Below the pieces are notes generated by a model. That model saw only the letters and a program-made list of their open reading frames with translations. It was not told where the DNA came from and made no database searches. A stretch of DNA of 56,876 bases, counting the filler, from Sluysia triapertura (Eukaryota): assembly GCA_046118255.1 (NCBI GenBank). It is 4 parts of 4 records of this genome, joined end to end, with 100 filler letters (N's around TTAATTAATTAA, not from the genome) between each part and the next. Parts side by side here need not be neighbours in the genome. Positions count along the whole stretch, not along the records: positions 17,543 to 28,662 come from JBJNIA010188610.1; positions 28,763 to 41,031 come from JBJNIA010124191.1; 2 more parts are not named here. The stretch is one strand, 5' to 3'. Shown here piece after piece: positions 26,501 through 37,809 of the stretch. The first letter of the stretch is position 1. Each line of letters starts with the position of its first letter. The translations under genes and the position numbers were made by a program.

Positions 26501-27117
26501 CTTGATAATTAATATTTTTTCTTAAAATAATTTTTTCCTAAAATAATTAAATAATTAAAAATTTACCGAGATATTCTAAAAATAGATCCAGATAATTTAT
26601 TTAGTCTAAAGAAACAAATTTCTTTATTTTAAAATTAATTCTTTATTTTTGATTTATTTAAACGAATTTCTTTGTTTTAAAATCAATTATTTAAAATAAT
26701 TTAATTTAATTTAATTTTATTCAATTTTAATTTTAATTATAATAATAATATTAATAATAAAAACATTTTAAAATATTTACACATAAAAATACATAAAAAT
26801 ATAAAAACACTTTTAAAATACTTTTACAATACGATCAATGATAACGATGTAAAGAATAAAGAAAATAAGACAGGAAACTCTAATAACAATTTGAAAAAAA
26901 TGACAATGAGACGAGAAAAGTCTGTAAAAAACCCAGAGGACACCAATGAATTGGAAACTGTCATCTACACCATGATGAATTCATGTAATCCTTTACAATT
27001 ATTCAGATCTGAAATGTCGACTGAACATAATAATACAAAATTGGTCATTTCGTCAGAAAAAGAAAATATATGAATTATTTAGTAGATATAGAAAGAAATT
27101 GGTAAGGGAAAACTAAT

Positions 27118-28600
27118 ATGAAAGTTGTAATGAGGATAGATGGAACAGAACAAAAAATAGAAAATGAATTTCGTGTCGGAGTAACAGTGTCATCTCTACA
27201 GGATTTCGTAAAAACTTATTTGAATACAAGACAAAGAATAAGTTTGTATTATAGAGGAAGAGTATTGGACAGAGATTATGGACTATATTTAATTGATTTC
27301 GGATTCCCAATAAATCATCTAAGCAATGATGATGAAATTCAAATTAGAATAGGATCCCAGATTAACCATAATGCGCGGAACAACGGAAAGGCAATCACAA
27401 TCCGTTAATCGTGATTTTTTCCGTGAGGTATTTAGAGAATTATCAATAAAAAATCAACAACGAGAAAGATTACTACCCAGACGAGTACAACCAACTCACT
27501 TATTCGAAGAAACATATTATATGATGAAGCGAAGAATAAATTGTAAAAATAAATTTTGCATAATAGTAGAATTTAAATGAAAAAGTTATAAAGCATTATT
27601 AGATACAGGAGCAACCCATTCAATAATTAGATACCAAATTTTGACACAAGAAACGATGATCATACCTCATCGTCGATCAACTATAGCTTCTGTTACTGGC
27701 AATCAAATTATTTTTATAGGAAAATTAGAAACAGAAATTTCAATTTCACGAAAAGTCATTAAATGTGGAGCTAGAATACTCAAACACTGTCTATACGATA
27801 TAATAATCGGAATGGACATAATAGAGCAAATTCCGGAGATATTAATACAAAAGGGAACCGAACTATGGAGTAGAAAACAAGCACTCTTAAACGAAGAAAG
27901 AATACTAATGCTCCACAGAAGAGAACCAAGTCCACACAAACATGATAATTTATATGAATAATTGGAAGACGCGCTGAAATATCCTGTAAATGCAATGAGA
28001 TTTAAAGTCGTAATCGACATTGTTTTGGAATCAGGGGAGTTATACATGAATACTCACATCTCAAACACCGATTAAATGAAATCGGTTACCACGTCGAAGA
28101 GCAAAATATACCAACTACTCTGTGATATAAGAGATCATGAAAGATATATATAGGAAGATTGATTAAGGTAAAAGTAAGAGTGGAAGGGCAAAACATGATT
28201 TTAGAAAAGAACTTTGGTATTAATAAAGATATAGATTTGCTAAAATCATTTGTAGAGGCTCGAGCGGGTGTTTCCGAAGAGATCGAATTTGCTTGAAGAT
28301 ACATAATTACCAGATTATGGATTCCCGATAGAGTTTTTTAACCGTTCAGAATGAAATTATTGCAATAGTAAGAAATAATGAAAATGATGTTTCCTATAAA
28401 ACAAACTCTTTAACCATTATTTCGAAATGTGGAGAGAAAAAGAAATACAAAACCAGAAGAGACCGATTTCTACCGCCACGAAAAAGTAAACATTTCTATA
28501 TGGTTCAGGATAAAGAAAATCATAATACCTTTTTATCAACAATCGGATTCAATGGAAAGAAATATACAGGTCTAATCGATACAGGTGTTGCGTCTTTAAA
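27118..28600 (+). pseudogene. Tandem duplicated ubiquitin-like domain + retroviral-type aspartic protease (Ddi1-like architecture), disrupted
   Basis: Unit 1: UBL-like TVSSLQDFVK...ISLYYRGRVLD...LIDFGFPI, then K*KSYKALLDTGATHSII...YDIIIGMDII (DTG 27602-27610). Unit 2: IKVKVRVEG...LLKSFVE...LPDYGFPI, then RDRFLP...GFNGKKYTGLIDTG (28578-28586). Contains stops and frameshifts; cut by the gap at 28663. Confidence 0.7.
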
Positions 28601-28962
28601 GCTTATCAAATATCAAATTCGCTATTAAAATCTTATTTAGTTAAAATCTTAATAGTTTCAATNNNNNNNNNNNNNNNNNNNNNNNNNNNNNNNNNNNNNN
28701 NNNNNNTTAATTAATTAANNNNNNNNNNNNNNNNNNNNNNNNNNNNNNNNNNNNNNNNNNNNTCATAAAATCGATTTTAAACTTCATTGCCCCTAAACTA
28801 CTACTTTTGTTATTATTAAATTATTAATATTTTTATATTAAATTGATATTTTAAACTGTGACTATTACATAAGAACATCAATATCAACACTTGAAGTTAA
28901 CATTTGGAAATATTAAAACTAAAAATTTTTTTTGTGACCTCCATTTCATTTTTTAAGAAAAT

Positions 28963-29011
28963 CCAACGGTTCGCCATTGAGTTCGTAAGACCAATACGTT
29001 GGTGAACTCAC
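28963..29011 (+). repeat. Bulged stem-loop motif, subfamily 1
   Basis: CCAACG GTTCG CCATTGAGTTCG TAAGA CCAAT A CGTTGG TGAACTCAC. Confidence 0.85.
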
Positions 29012-31500
29012 TATTTTAAACTTTATTCTACACGTACTTTTCTTGCAAATACCTTTTAGACGGCTGAAGTAACAGAGGATTCAGCGGGACAATATGAGGA
29101 GTCGCGGAGATAGATTCATTGTAGATACTAATAATTTCATAGGTCTCAGATGGTGTGGGAGAAATTGTTTGAGGCGGAATATTAATAGGATCAACAATAG
29201 TAGCAATAGGAGGAAGTTCAGAGGTAGACGCAGTTGGATCGTTGTCAGTGGGGATTAAAGGAGGTGTGCCGTTCAAGTCGATGAATTAACAGCATTAGTT
29301 GTTAAGTTATTAGAAGGGATTGGGTGGAGAAGCCCTTTGTTGTGTAGGTGGTGTTTGTTGGTACCATCACAGCAAGGTTAGTAATAGGGGTCAGTGGGAC
29401 TTGAGGATTATTGTACCGAAATGGTTTTTTCTTCCAGTTACTTTTTTGGAAAATAATTTTGTGTCCATTGTTGTTCCTAAGTCCAGAGACTTTAGGATTC
29501 GATGTTTTAACAGACGCAGTTTTAGGACCTGTGTTATTAATATGGTTAGGCGGCTTAGGCTCGGAAGTTGTCGCATTGGTATTTCTTGGCACCCTATAGA
29601 CGGGGGCTTTAGCAATCTGAGGTCCCGAGACTTTAATATTCTTCCATTTAGTGATTACGAGTTTGTTCGATGTTGGCTCTGTACTCATCTGTTAAACAGC
29701 TTGGGCGAATATAGGTTTAATGTTGGTCCACTGAGGGATGATTGCTTTTGGCAGAGGTTGATAATCCGTTGTGGTGATATGTTAAACTGTTTGTTCTGTG
29801 GGACAAGCCGAGTCTATTGTTTAACATGTTGGGACTTTGATTCGAAACCCCTAGGACCAGATTTGACTGAATTTTTAGGGAAATTAGGTTCCGGCCTCAA
29901 GAAGCAGCGAATTGCTCGTGGATCTATGTCCATAAGGAAGTGGCACAAATCTAGGGCCTCCAAATACCCACAAATTATGATTCCGCATTCATAGAAATTG
30001 CTCTGAAGTTTAAAGGGGAAAAGTGCCTTTGCAAGAAAAGTAATGCCCTAATGTCAAGAAGGAAATAGATGCGCTGTGAAAGCCCTTTCCTTACCACATT
30101 GGTAGCTTTATTGTTCTTGCGACGCAGAAGGTCAACGACGTAGAAAGATCCATCATTGACATAAATGACATAAGGAAAAATGAGATTTAATGCAGATTAT
30201 TGCACAAATCGTAGGGCAGCCTGGGAGGTACCCAAGAATGGAACGTTTGAAAAGAATGGGATTTTTATGGTATTGGTCACACAAGGAAGTAACGAGAGCG
30301 ATAACTGGGCAACGAAGACAAGTGAAGAATGACTCTATTTCTTCTTCATAGAGCAAAAGGACCACCAAGAAGCGTATTTTGCGACGTGGGAGGAAAGAGA
30401 GGGAAACAGCAAGAACACAGAATAAAGATGATAAAAATGATTAAAATATTTGGACTACATGAAAGAAAAATACATCATGCACACATTTACAGCTCAGACA
30501 TACACAGAAAAAGGTTGGATCAAGCAGATTAAAATTAATAAAATAACGTTAGCGGCAGCAGCAAGAATGGATCTTCGTGAGCCAGGGCCAAGACCCTGGA
30601 AGAGAGTACTCGAATAGTCGATCGATCTTCGGTCACCAATTTTTATCCAACATTTGAAGACCCACCTTCGGTTTCCAAAAATGCAACAACAGTGGTAGAA
30701 CTAGATTTGTCATCCACAGTACTATCTTCATTCCAATCAGGAACAACTACTGTCTGGCAACCACGAGCAGCGAAATCTCCATCGTCTTCTTCGTCTTTGT
30801 TATGTTCTTCATAAACTGGATTTTCATCTTTACCATCACCTTCTTCATCATCTTCTTCTTCTAATTCATCCCCACCAAGGCTTCTTCATGAGCAGCTGCA
30901 TCTCTAGTACCACCTATACGTTTTCCCCTCTGGATGGGGTTTCAATATTATCGGTATCATCATATTCTTCATCAGAATCATAAACTTCGTCTTCACCTTC
31001 ATCATCATCTCCAAAGGCATTTTCAGCATCACCAGTATGTTGTTCCGCCCATGCTGAGGTTTTAGTAGCAGGATCGGTATTAGTATCAATATCATCATCG
31101 TCGACTGAATCATCCTCTAATTCATCTGAATATGGATCTACACCTTCTTCGGGATCACTAAGAACAGCATCTGCAACATCTTGGTCATATTCATCATTGC
31201 TTCACAAGGATTAGGCACATAAATGAATGTGGTATCTAGCGCAAGTGAGAGATAACTCGCATCATTTTCTTTTAAAATGGCATTGTTGTAAGTACCATCC
31301 ATCCATGCTGACCTGGAAGGTAACTGGGGATGACCATGAGGAGGTACCTCAACCAATGATCTGACAATGTTCGGCGCAGAGGTATTGTGCACTCCGGAAA
31401 AACTTTCTCAGAGTGACAAAGTGCTTTCAAAAATCCGACATCAAAGAAAAGTTCTTTCATGTGTATTGGCATTTTGTAAATCATTTCATATAATGTCACT
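29012..31500 (-). mobile_element. Decayed higher-GC element: acidic N-terminal region plus a Ulp1/SENP-like (C48) cysteine protease, frameshifted; NeSL-like or other Ulp1-carrying transposon
   Basis: Across frameshifts: IICIKSHFSL (His 30180-30182), VIYVNDGSFYVVDLL (Asp 30131-30133), FKLQSNFYECGIIICGYLEAL (Gln 30003-30005, Cys 29985-29987), the His-Asp-Gln-Cys order of C48 proteases. D/E-rich segments at 30700-31140, P/T/N-rich tail at 29030-29690. Confidence 0.65.
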
Positions 31501-31789
31501 TATTAAACGCACAAAGTATTAAGAATAGACGTCTGTGACTTCAATGTAGAAAAATCTTATTGGAATATTGTGTATGAAACGTGAAATTTTCTTCAATTTC
31601 GGACATTACGATTTCAATAATAATTGTTATATAGGGTTTTTAGATCAATTAAATAAATTAACCTAAAAACAAAAATATAAACGATATTTTTGAAAATTTT
31701 GAAAATTAGACAATCCATGCCATTTCCACATAAGAACAGTGTAAATTCCGAAAACATAAGCAATGATCAAACTGTTAGACTTCATAAAA

Positions 31790-31861
31790 TGGACTGACCG
31801 GAGATCAAACCCGGGACCTCTCTCTGCGCAGTTCGATGCTCTACCACTGAGCTATCAGTCC
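31790..31861 (-). tRNA. 72-nt tRNA-like gene (Ala/Cys-like body, unpaired anticodon stem); intact copy
   Basis: GGACTGA-TA-GCTC AGTGGTA GAGC-A-TCGAA CTGCGCA GAGAG-AGGTC-CCGGG TTTGATC TCCGG-TCAGTCC-A then TTTT. Acceptor stem, D-arm and T-arm pair, and A/B boxes and a Pol III terminator are present. The anticodon stem does not pair, so it is probably a pseudogene or tRNA-like ncRNA. Confidence 0.75.
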
Positions 31862-31939
31862 CGTCTAATAATTTTTATTTTATTATAGTCAATATTTATT
31901 ATAGCCTTTTTACCCCAACAAAACTACCATCCATAAGGT

Positions 31940-32303
31940 AACAGTAAACTCTTCCACCATTATTACACCGAACATAAGAAAAAGTACTGTTTCAGCAGAT
32001 GACAAGGAAAGAATAATCCAAAAGACACTTGAAGGATATTCTACTAAATCAATCAGTTTAATGCATAGCAAACCATACCAAAAGTTTCAGACACTCAAAA
32101 GGCTAGATTTTTTAGAGTCAATGTACATTTTTCTTAATATTTGCTCTTTCATTTCGAACGTAAGCTTAGATTTCCTATCACCTCCATATATTTCGGCTTG
32201 TACCATTGAAATTACTAGTGAACCTTGTGGATCTTTTTACTGGAAAATGCTTGGTTACATGACAGATACTATAATGGGGAAGTTATTATATTATACTGGT
32301 TGA
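31940..32303 (+). pseudogene. Internally deleted Tc1/IS630-like transposase remnant
   Basis: VSADDKERIIQKTLEGYSTKSIS (HTH-like N-terminus) joined to LDFLSPPY (cf. FLPPYSP) and ITSEPCGSFYWKM (C-terminal helix). Confidence 0.45.
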
Positions 32304-32498
32304 TTTAGTTTTATTTGTTTTGTATTTTAAGTTGATTTTAATTTAAATTCTTTTTAATACATAATTTATTAAATTGATTGCAAATATTATTTAATTGATC
32401 GAACAACCTTATACATTCTTTCGAACTTATCGTATACAAAACAATCAAAATAATATATTTTAATATACAACATAAAAATTATCGAAAAATATTAATAA

Positions 32499-33649
32499 TT
32501 ACAAAGACGATTTAGACGCTAATATTTCTTTTAAATTTTCATTCATATCATCGACCATTTTCTTGACCGAATTGGATAACGTTAAGTAGTCAGATTCGAG
32601 CGATTTTGTCGATATGAATTCACGCATAACATAATTGTTTTGTTCCAAATGTTGCCACTTTTTTTCCAAATTAATTAATTGAGTATAAGTGTCATTGTCT
32701 TCTAGCTGAGCACGTGATTTTTCATACTGTCGTGCCTGAAATTGGTTTTGTTTTTTCATATATTCACGTCGCTTATTTAAGTATTCTTTTTCTTGGTGTA
32801 GCTGAAGAAAAGTATAATATTCTTAATAAAGTAATATAATAATAATCATCATTATTTTATATGTCGATATTGATGATAAAGTAAATTTAAATGGCATAAA
32901 ATCATTTGTGAAACATTATAAAATTTCATAACTTTCGTAACTCTTATTTTAAACTATTTTTAAAAAATATATGATAAATATAATGTAATAACTGCAAAAA
33001 TAAAACTTCGTGTAGGACTTAAGTGACTTAAACATCGAGTAAGCGATGGTTTAATCTAAAACTTATGGAAAATTAATAACTGTCACTAGCAATGAGAAGG
33101 GATAAAGATAAGCGATTTGTTTTAATTGTGAATCATTCTCACGTCTATTGAAAGTGTGCGCTATATATCTAAGAATAGAAATGCGATAAATATTGTGATG
33201 AATTCAATCCAAAAACATAATTATCATAAGCAAATAACATACAAAAATCAGAAACTCAAATTCAATAAATTTTCACAATAATACTTTAACAAAACAGAAC
33301 AAATATTTTATGAAAATATTACTACATTCTAAAACGGAAAACGAAGGATTTTTATCTACTTTTTACAGTCACTAATGAATTTGTTCTATAAAATAAACTC
33401 ATTATTATTTACTTTCTATAGTCAACTTACATATTTAAAGGTTTTTATAAGAAATTGATTTTTTAATAGTGTGAAATTTTCATTGTTATTAAATTATAAT
33501 TTGTCAATAAAATAATCAAAATATTATATTTAAAATCGACCTTTTTCTTACACTCATCTGACTCTCGTTTAACTAGATCTAGATCGGAAAATTTAAGAAT
33601 ATCTTCTGTCATTTGAGCAATTTTCTTTGTCAAAGCTATTTTTTCCTGA

Positions 33650-33714
<65 letters not shown>

Positions 33715-34702
33715 CGTGTTTCTCCGAAAATAAGGCAGGGCTTATATTATTTTTTTATATTGATTATTTTCTAACAGATAGTCTAATTATTATTTGTCCC
33801 AAATAATTAAAAGCTGCGACCTTTAGTTGATTATTTATGAATTTGATGTAAAATTTAAACGTGTTCTGTCACAAAGAACATTCTTAATTTAACTGATTTT
33901 CACTATTTTAAGTCATCCTCCTCATGGATATTATGCGGAAAAGGAGAAATGCTTCGATAATTGCTAATATGAACTTGCTTGGAGGATTATCTGAGTGTAT
34001 CACAATCCGAATCTTGTTATAATTAGTCACAGTCAGAAAGTAAACCAGAATGCTTTGACAATGAAAGTATCTCAGAATGTATTGTAATTTAAAGCTAATT
34101 GTGCTTTAAAGAATGCATTAATCGCTGTCTCAAGACATTCATTGACTATCCATTGAATCATCTTTTAATACCTATATGGACCATAAGCTTCAATATCCGT
34201 GGTAAGGGTTACAACGTCATACTTTCACATTTTCAAGCCCTTTAATTTTAATTTAAAAATTTTACTCTCCTAAGTGAATAAATATATAATATAACATTCC
34301 TCTATCTTCTCCTTGTAATTCAATCTTTGTCATCTTTTCCGAATTGGTTCCTTTTTTATTTTATTTTCTCTTCATTCTTTGTGTTTTCCTCTTCGGCCTT
34401 TACCAATTAATTTGCATTGAATTAATGTTTCTCTCCTATTCTAGTAGAAGTATAGCAGATCGAGAACAATTCTGGCAACAATGGCAGCAGCAGCAGTAGC
34501 AAGTGAAACAGCACACAAGAATTATTATTAATAAATACTTATTAATAATGATCCCACTGATTTATATTTATTATTCATATAAATGGTATTTTAATTGTCA
34601 TAAAATAAAAGTTTTATATTTTTATTGTTAAATTAAAATCATCCTGAAACATCATAATAGGTCTTATTTTGGGGAAACACAGTAAAAATAATAATAATAA
34701 TA

Positions 34703-34739
<37 letters not shown>

Positions 34740-37700
34740 TAATTAAAGTTATATATTAATTATGCATTAGTTTGAATAGAATGTATTCATCAATTAAAAT
34801 AATTCTCTTAGTTTTGTACGACTAATAATTTGAGAAATTATTCGATATATCTAATGATAGTCTTTGTTTTTGTAATCCATTAAAATTTAGATATCATTTT
34901 TAAAATGGATTATGAGAGCATATCTTCTCTTAAACATGCAAATTTCAGCATACATCAAAATCGTTAAAACCTGCCGAATCCGTCCTATATCAATGTTAAT
35001 GAAAAATAGATCAAGCTGAGATAGTATCATATGTATGTGTGTATGAAGTTATTGTGGCGGCCAACCTTATCATCTAAAATTTTATCACATTATAATATAT
35101 ATAAAACCTAGTAACTTTACAACATCTTAACCATAAATTACATCAAAAACCATTAAAATTGTATTTTAAATTCAAAGTTAGTCATAAGTTAAATGGAATT
35201 TCTTTTATCGCCTTTAACTACGTTGTTATTTTCTTTTAATTTTCCTTCAACAACCTTTGTGTACAATTTTATAATTTTTATTAATAGAAATATTTTAAGA
35301 AAATTAAAGAAATAAAAGCAATGCCATTTAGTTTGGTGTTTTAAAATAAATTTAAAATGCTCATTTAATGATTTTTGATATTATTGATGCTTTTAATGTT
35401 GTAGGAATGTGAACTTTAAAGTGTTTTGATATATTTACAATTTTGAATGATAACGTTGGCCACCACAGTTATATTGTTAACTGTCAGAAATAAGATAAAC
35501 TTGGATTAAGAAACGACTGATGGAAAAAATACCAAATCGGTCAATAAAACACATTTATAAAGAATGAGAATTCAAAGATAAGAGTGCTGTCGAAGAACAG
35601 TGAAGGTATTATTCGTAACCAAAACGATTATTTCTTCAAAGATGACCACGTTTCATTAAGTTTGTAGTATTAATTTTAAATTTTTGAATAAAATCAATGA
35701 AAGTATTTCTAGAATATTAACACTTAAACCGTTGATAGATTTATTTTGCCGCCTCAATACTTTATGAATTTTCAAAATTTAACTTGTTAAAGAAAAAATC
35801 AGTATAAATTTATGACGTATTCGCTTACTAGAGAGGTAGGAATAACAAGGGTATCGTGTTACAAAGTGCAAAATACGTAGCCGGTAGTTTAGCGACCATG
35901 CATTTAGTACTCGGCCGGACCTTGAGGTGTTATTTATATTGAACTACAAATAATCACCAAATAACTAAATAGAACATTTTAAACCTATAAATAATATTTA
36001 ATTATTAATAAAGTATAACCCAATGAATTATAATGATTTAGAAGAAGAGCTGATTAAAATGAGTAATGAGAACAATTTAACAATAAGAATGTTAGGTTAA
36101 GCTAAATTATAATATGATCTCATTAAAATTTCATTTGGTAATTTTATATTTTAATTAAATATGTTGTATTATATTATTATTTTTTATTATTTATTTAATT
36201 AAACGGGGGGCAGTAAAAAAAAGCTTGATCCAAAGCCATTTTTTTATGAGTTTACATATTGGATATATTTTTCCCTTAAATGAATTTTTCCTATTTATTT
36301 TAAATAATAGTTATAAAATATTTAAAAAGAATGTCGATGTACCACAATGAAGAAATCTATGCAGATGATTTAGAAAATTCTGAAGATAAAGATTTTAGTG
36401 ACATTTCAGAAGATAGTGATGATTCTGAAATTATGCCCGACACAAAAAAACATAAAACTAATCAACCTCTTGATCAACATCTACTGATTCGGAATCGAAC
36501 ATAAATGATGTTGAAAACGATTGGTCTCAAAGTGACAATGAAGCATGTCTTGAACAATTTTTGGTAAATATAGGAGTTACTTCAAATTTCGAATTAAAAA
36601 AGCAAATAAGTGACGATTGTTAAAGTGTATCTGCGATTAAAATAATAGGCTGTCAAATTTTAATTGTGAGGTATTATAAAGACTATTTGTGTTTTATGTA
36701 TGTTGTTTGGTTATTTGATATTTTGTGTTAGATTGCGCTGAGTTTGTTTAAGATTTTATTTACAAGATATGTGCTGGATTATGTTGATGTTTGCCTATGA
36801 CTGTTTTTATCTTGAGCTCACCATATCTTTATCATTCGATTTAAATTTCCTAAATATTTTATTCTCAACCATGGAAACATTACTTTCTCAATCATTACTT
36901 ACACTGCTTAGAAAAAATATTTAATTACAAAATTTTTAATTGGTCAATAACTTTTCAATAATTAAAATGTAGAATTATTTTCAAAATTTGATATAAACTA
37001 GAGTTTTTGAAACTTTTTGGAATGCGGAACCATTCAATGCGTCAATATCAGTTGAATAGTCAATGTCGAACATTGAAAAAACTTTAACATTTAATACTTA
37101 AAATCTTATTTAACAAATAAAAAAGGAAGCACCGAATCTTTAGAGTCAAATACAAAGTGTAACAATATTACTTAATATATTATTTTATTTAAATATATTT
37201 ATTTAATTAACGATATGTCATATATAACACTTTGTATGACGAAACAAATACAAAATAACAAAACCGTATTTAATTTAGTTTCCATTTGATCGATTTTGGC
37301 CAAGTCTTGCGCTACTTTGGTACGTTCAGCAGATAAAGTTATTACTGTCTGTTCAGACTTTGATACCTCACTCGACTTAAAGCTTAATCGATCTTGTATT
37401 TGTCGAAGTTCATCTTCTGTTGGAACATGACCCATTCTGGACATATTACGTGATAACTTTTCAAGTAATGCTGTGATTTCATTTTCCAGATTATCAAGCT
37501 TAGTTAATTCAATTGTCTAATAAGTTAAAATTAAAATTATTATTATTATTTACTCGATTCTGTTCAAAATTTTCCAAAAATTTATCAATTTCTTCCTCAC
37601 GCTTTTTTAAATCACGGTATTTCTGCATTTTCTGACCTTGTTCATCTTCGATATCGCGATCTATCAACATCAGTTCATCGTGAAGAATATTTAGTCTATC

Positions 37701-37745
37701 TTGACATTCTTTGATTCTATATAATAATAAAAATAAAAATAAAAA

Positions 37746-37809
<64 letters not shown>

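Noticed and set aside
29320-29994. 224-aa plus-strand ORF
   Set aside because: Antisense shadow of the minus-strand Ulp1-bearing element in a higher-GC region.
30570-30632. CCAGGG/CCCTGG hairpin between GATCTTCG direct repeats as a possible HDV-like ribozyme
   Set aside because: I could not build the nested double pseudoknot or find the catalytic J4/2 strand.
31824-31830. Calling the tRNA-like gene a functional tRNA-Arg(GCG)
   Set aside because: The anticodon stem is unpaired and the loop differs among the three copies.
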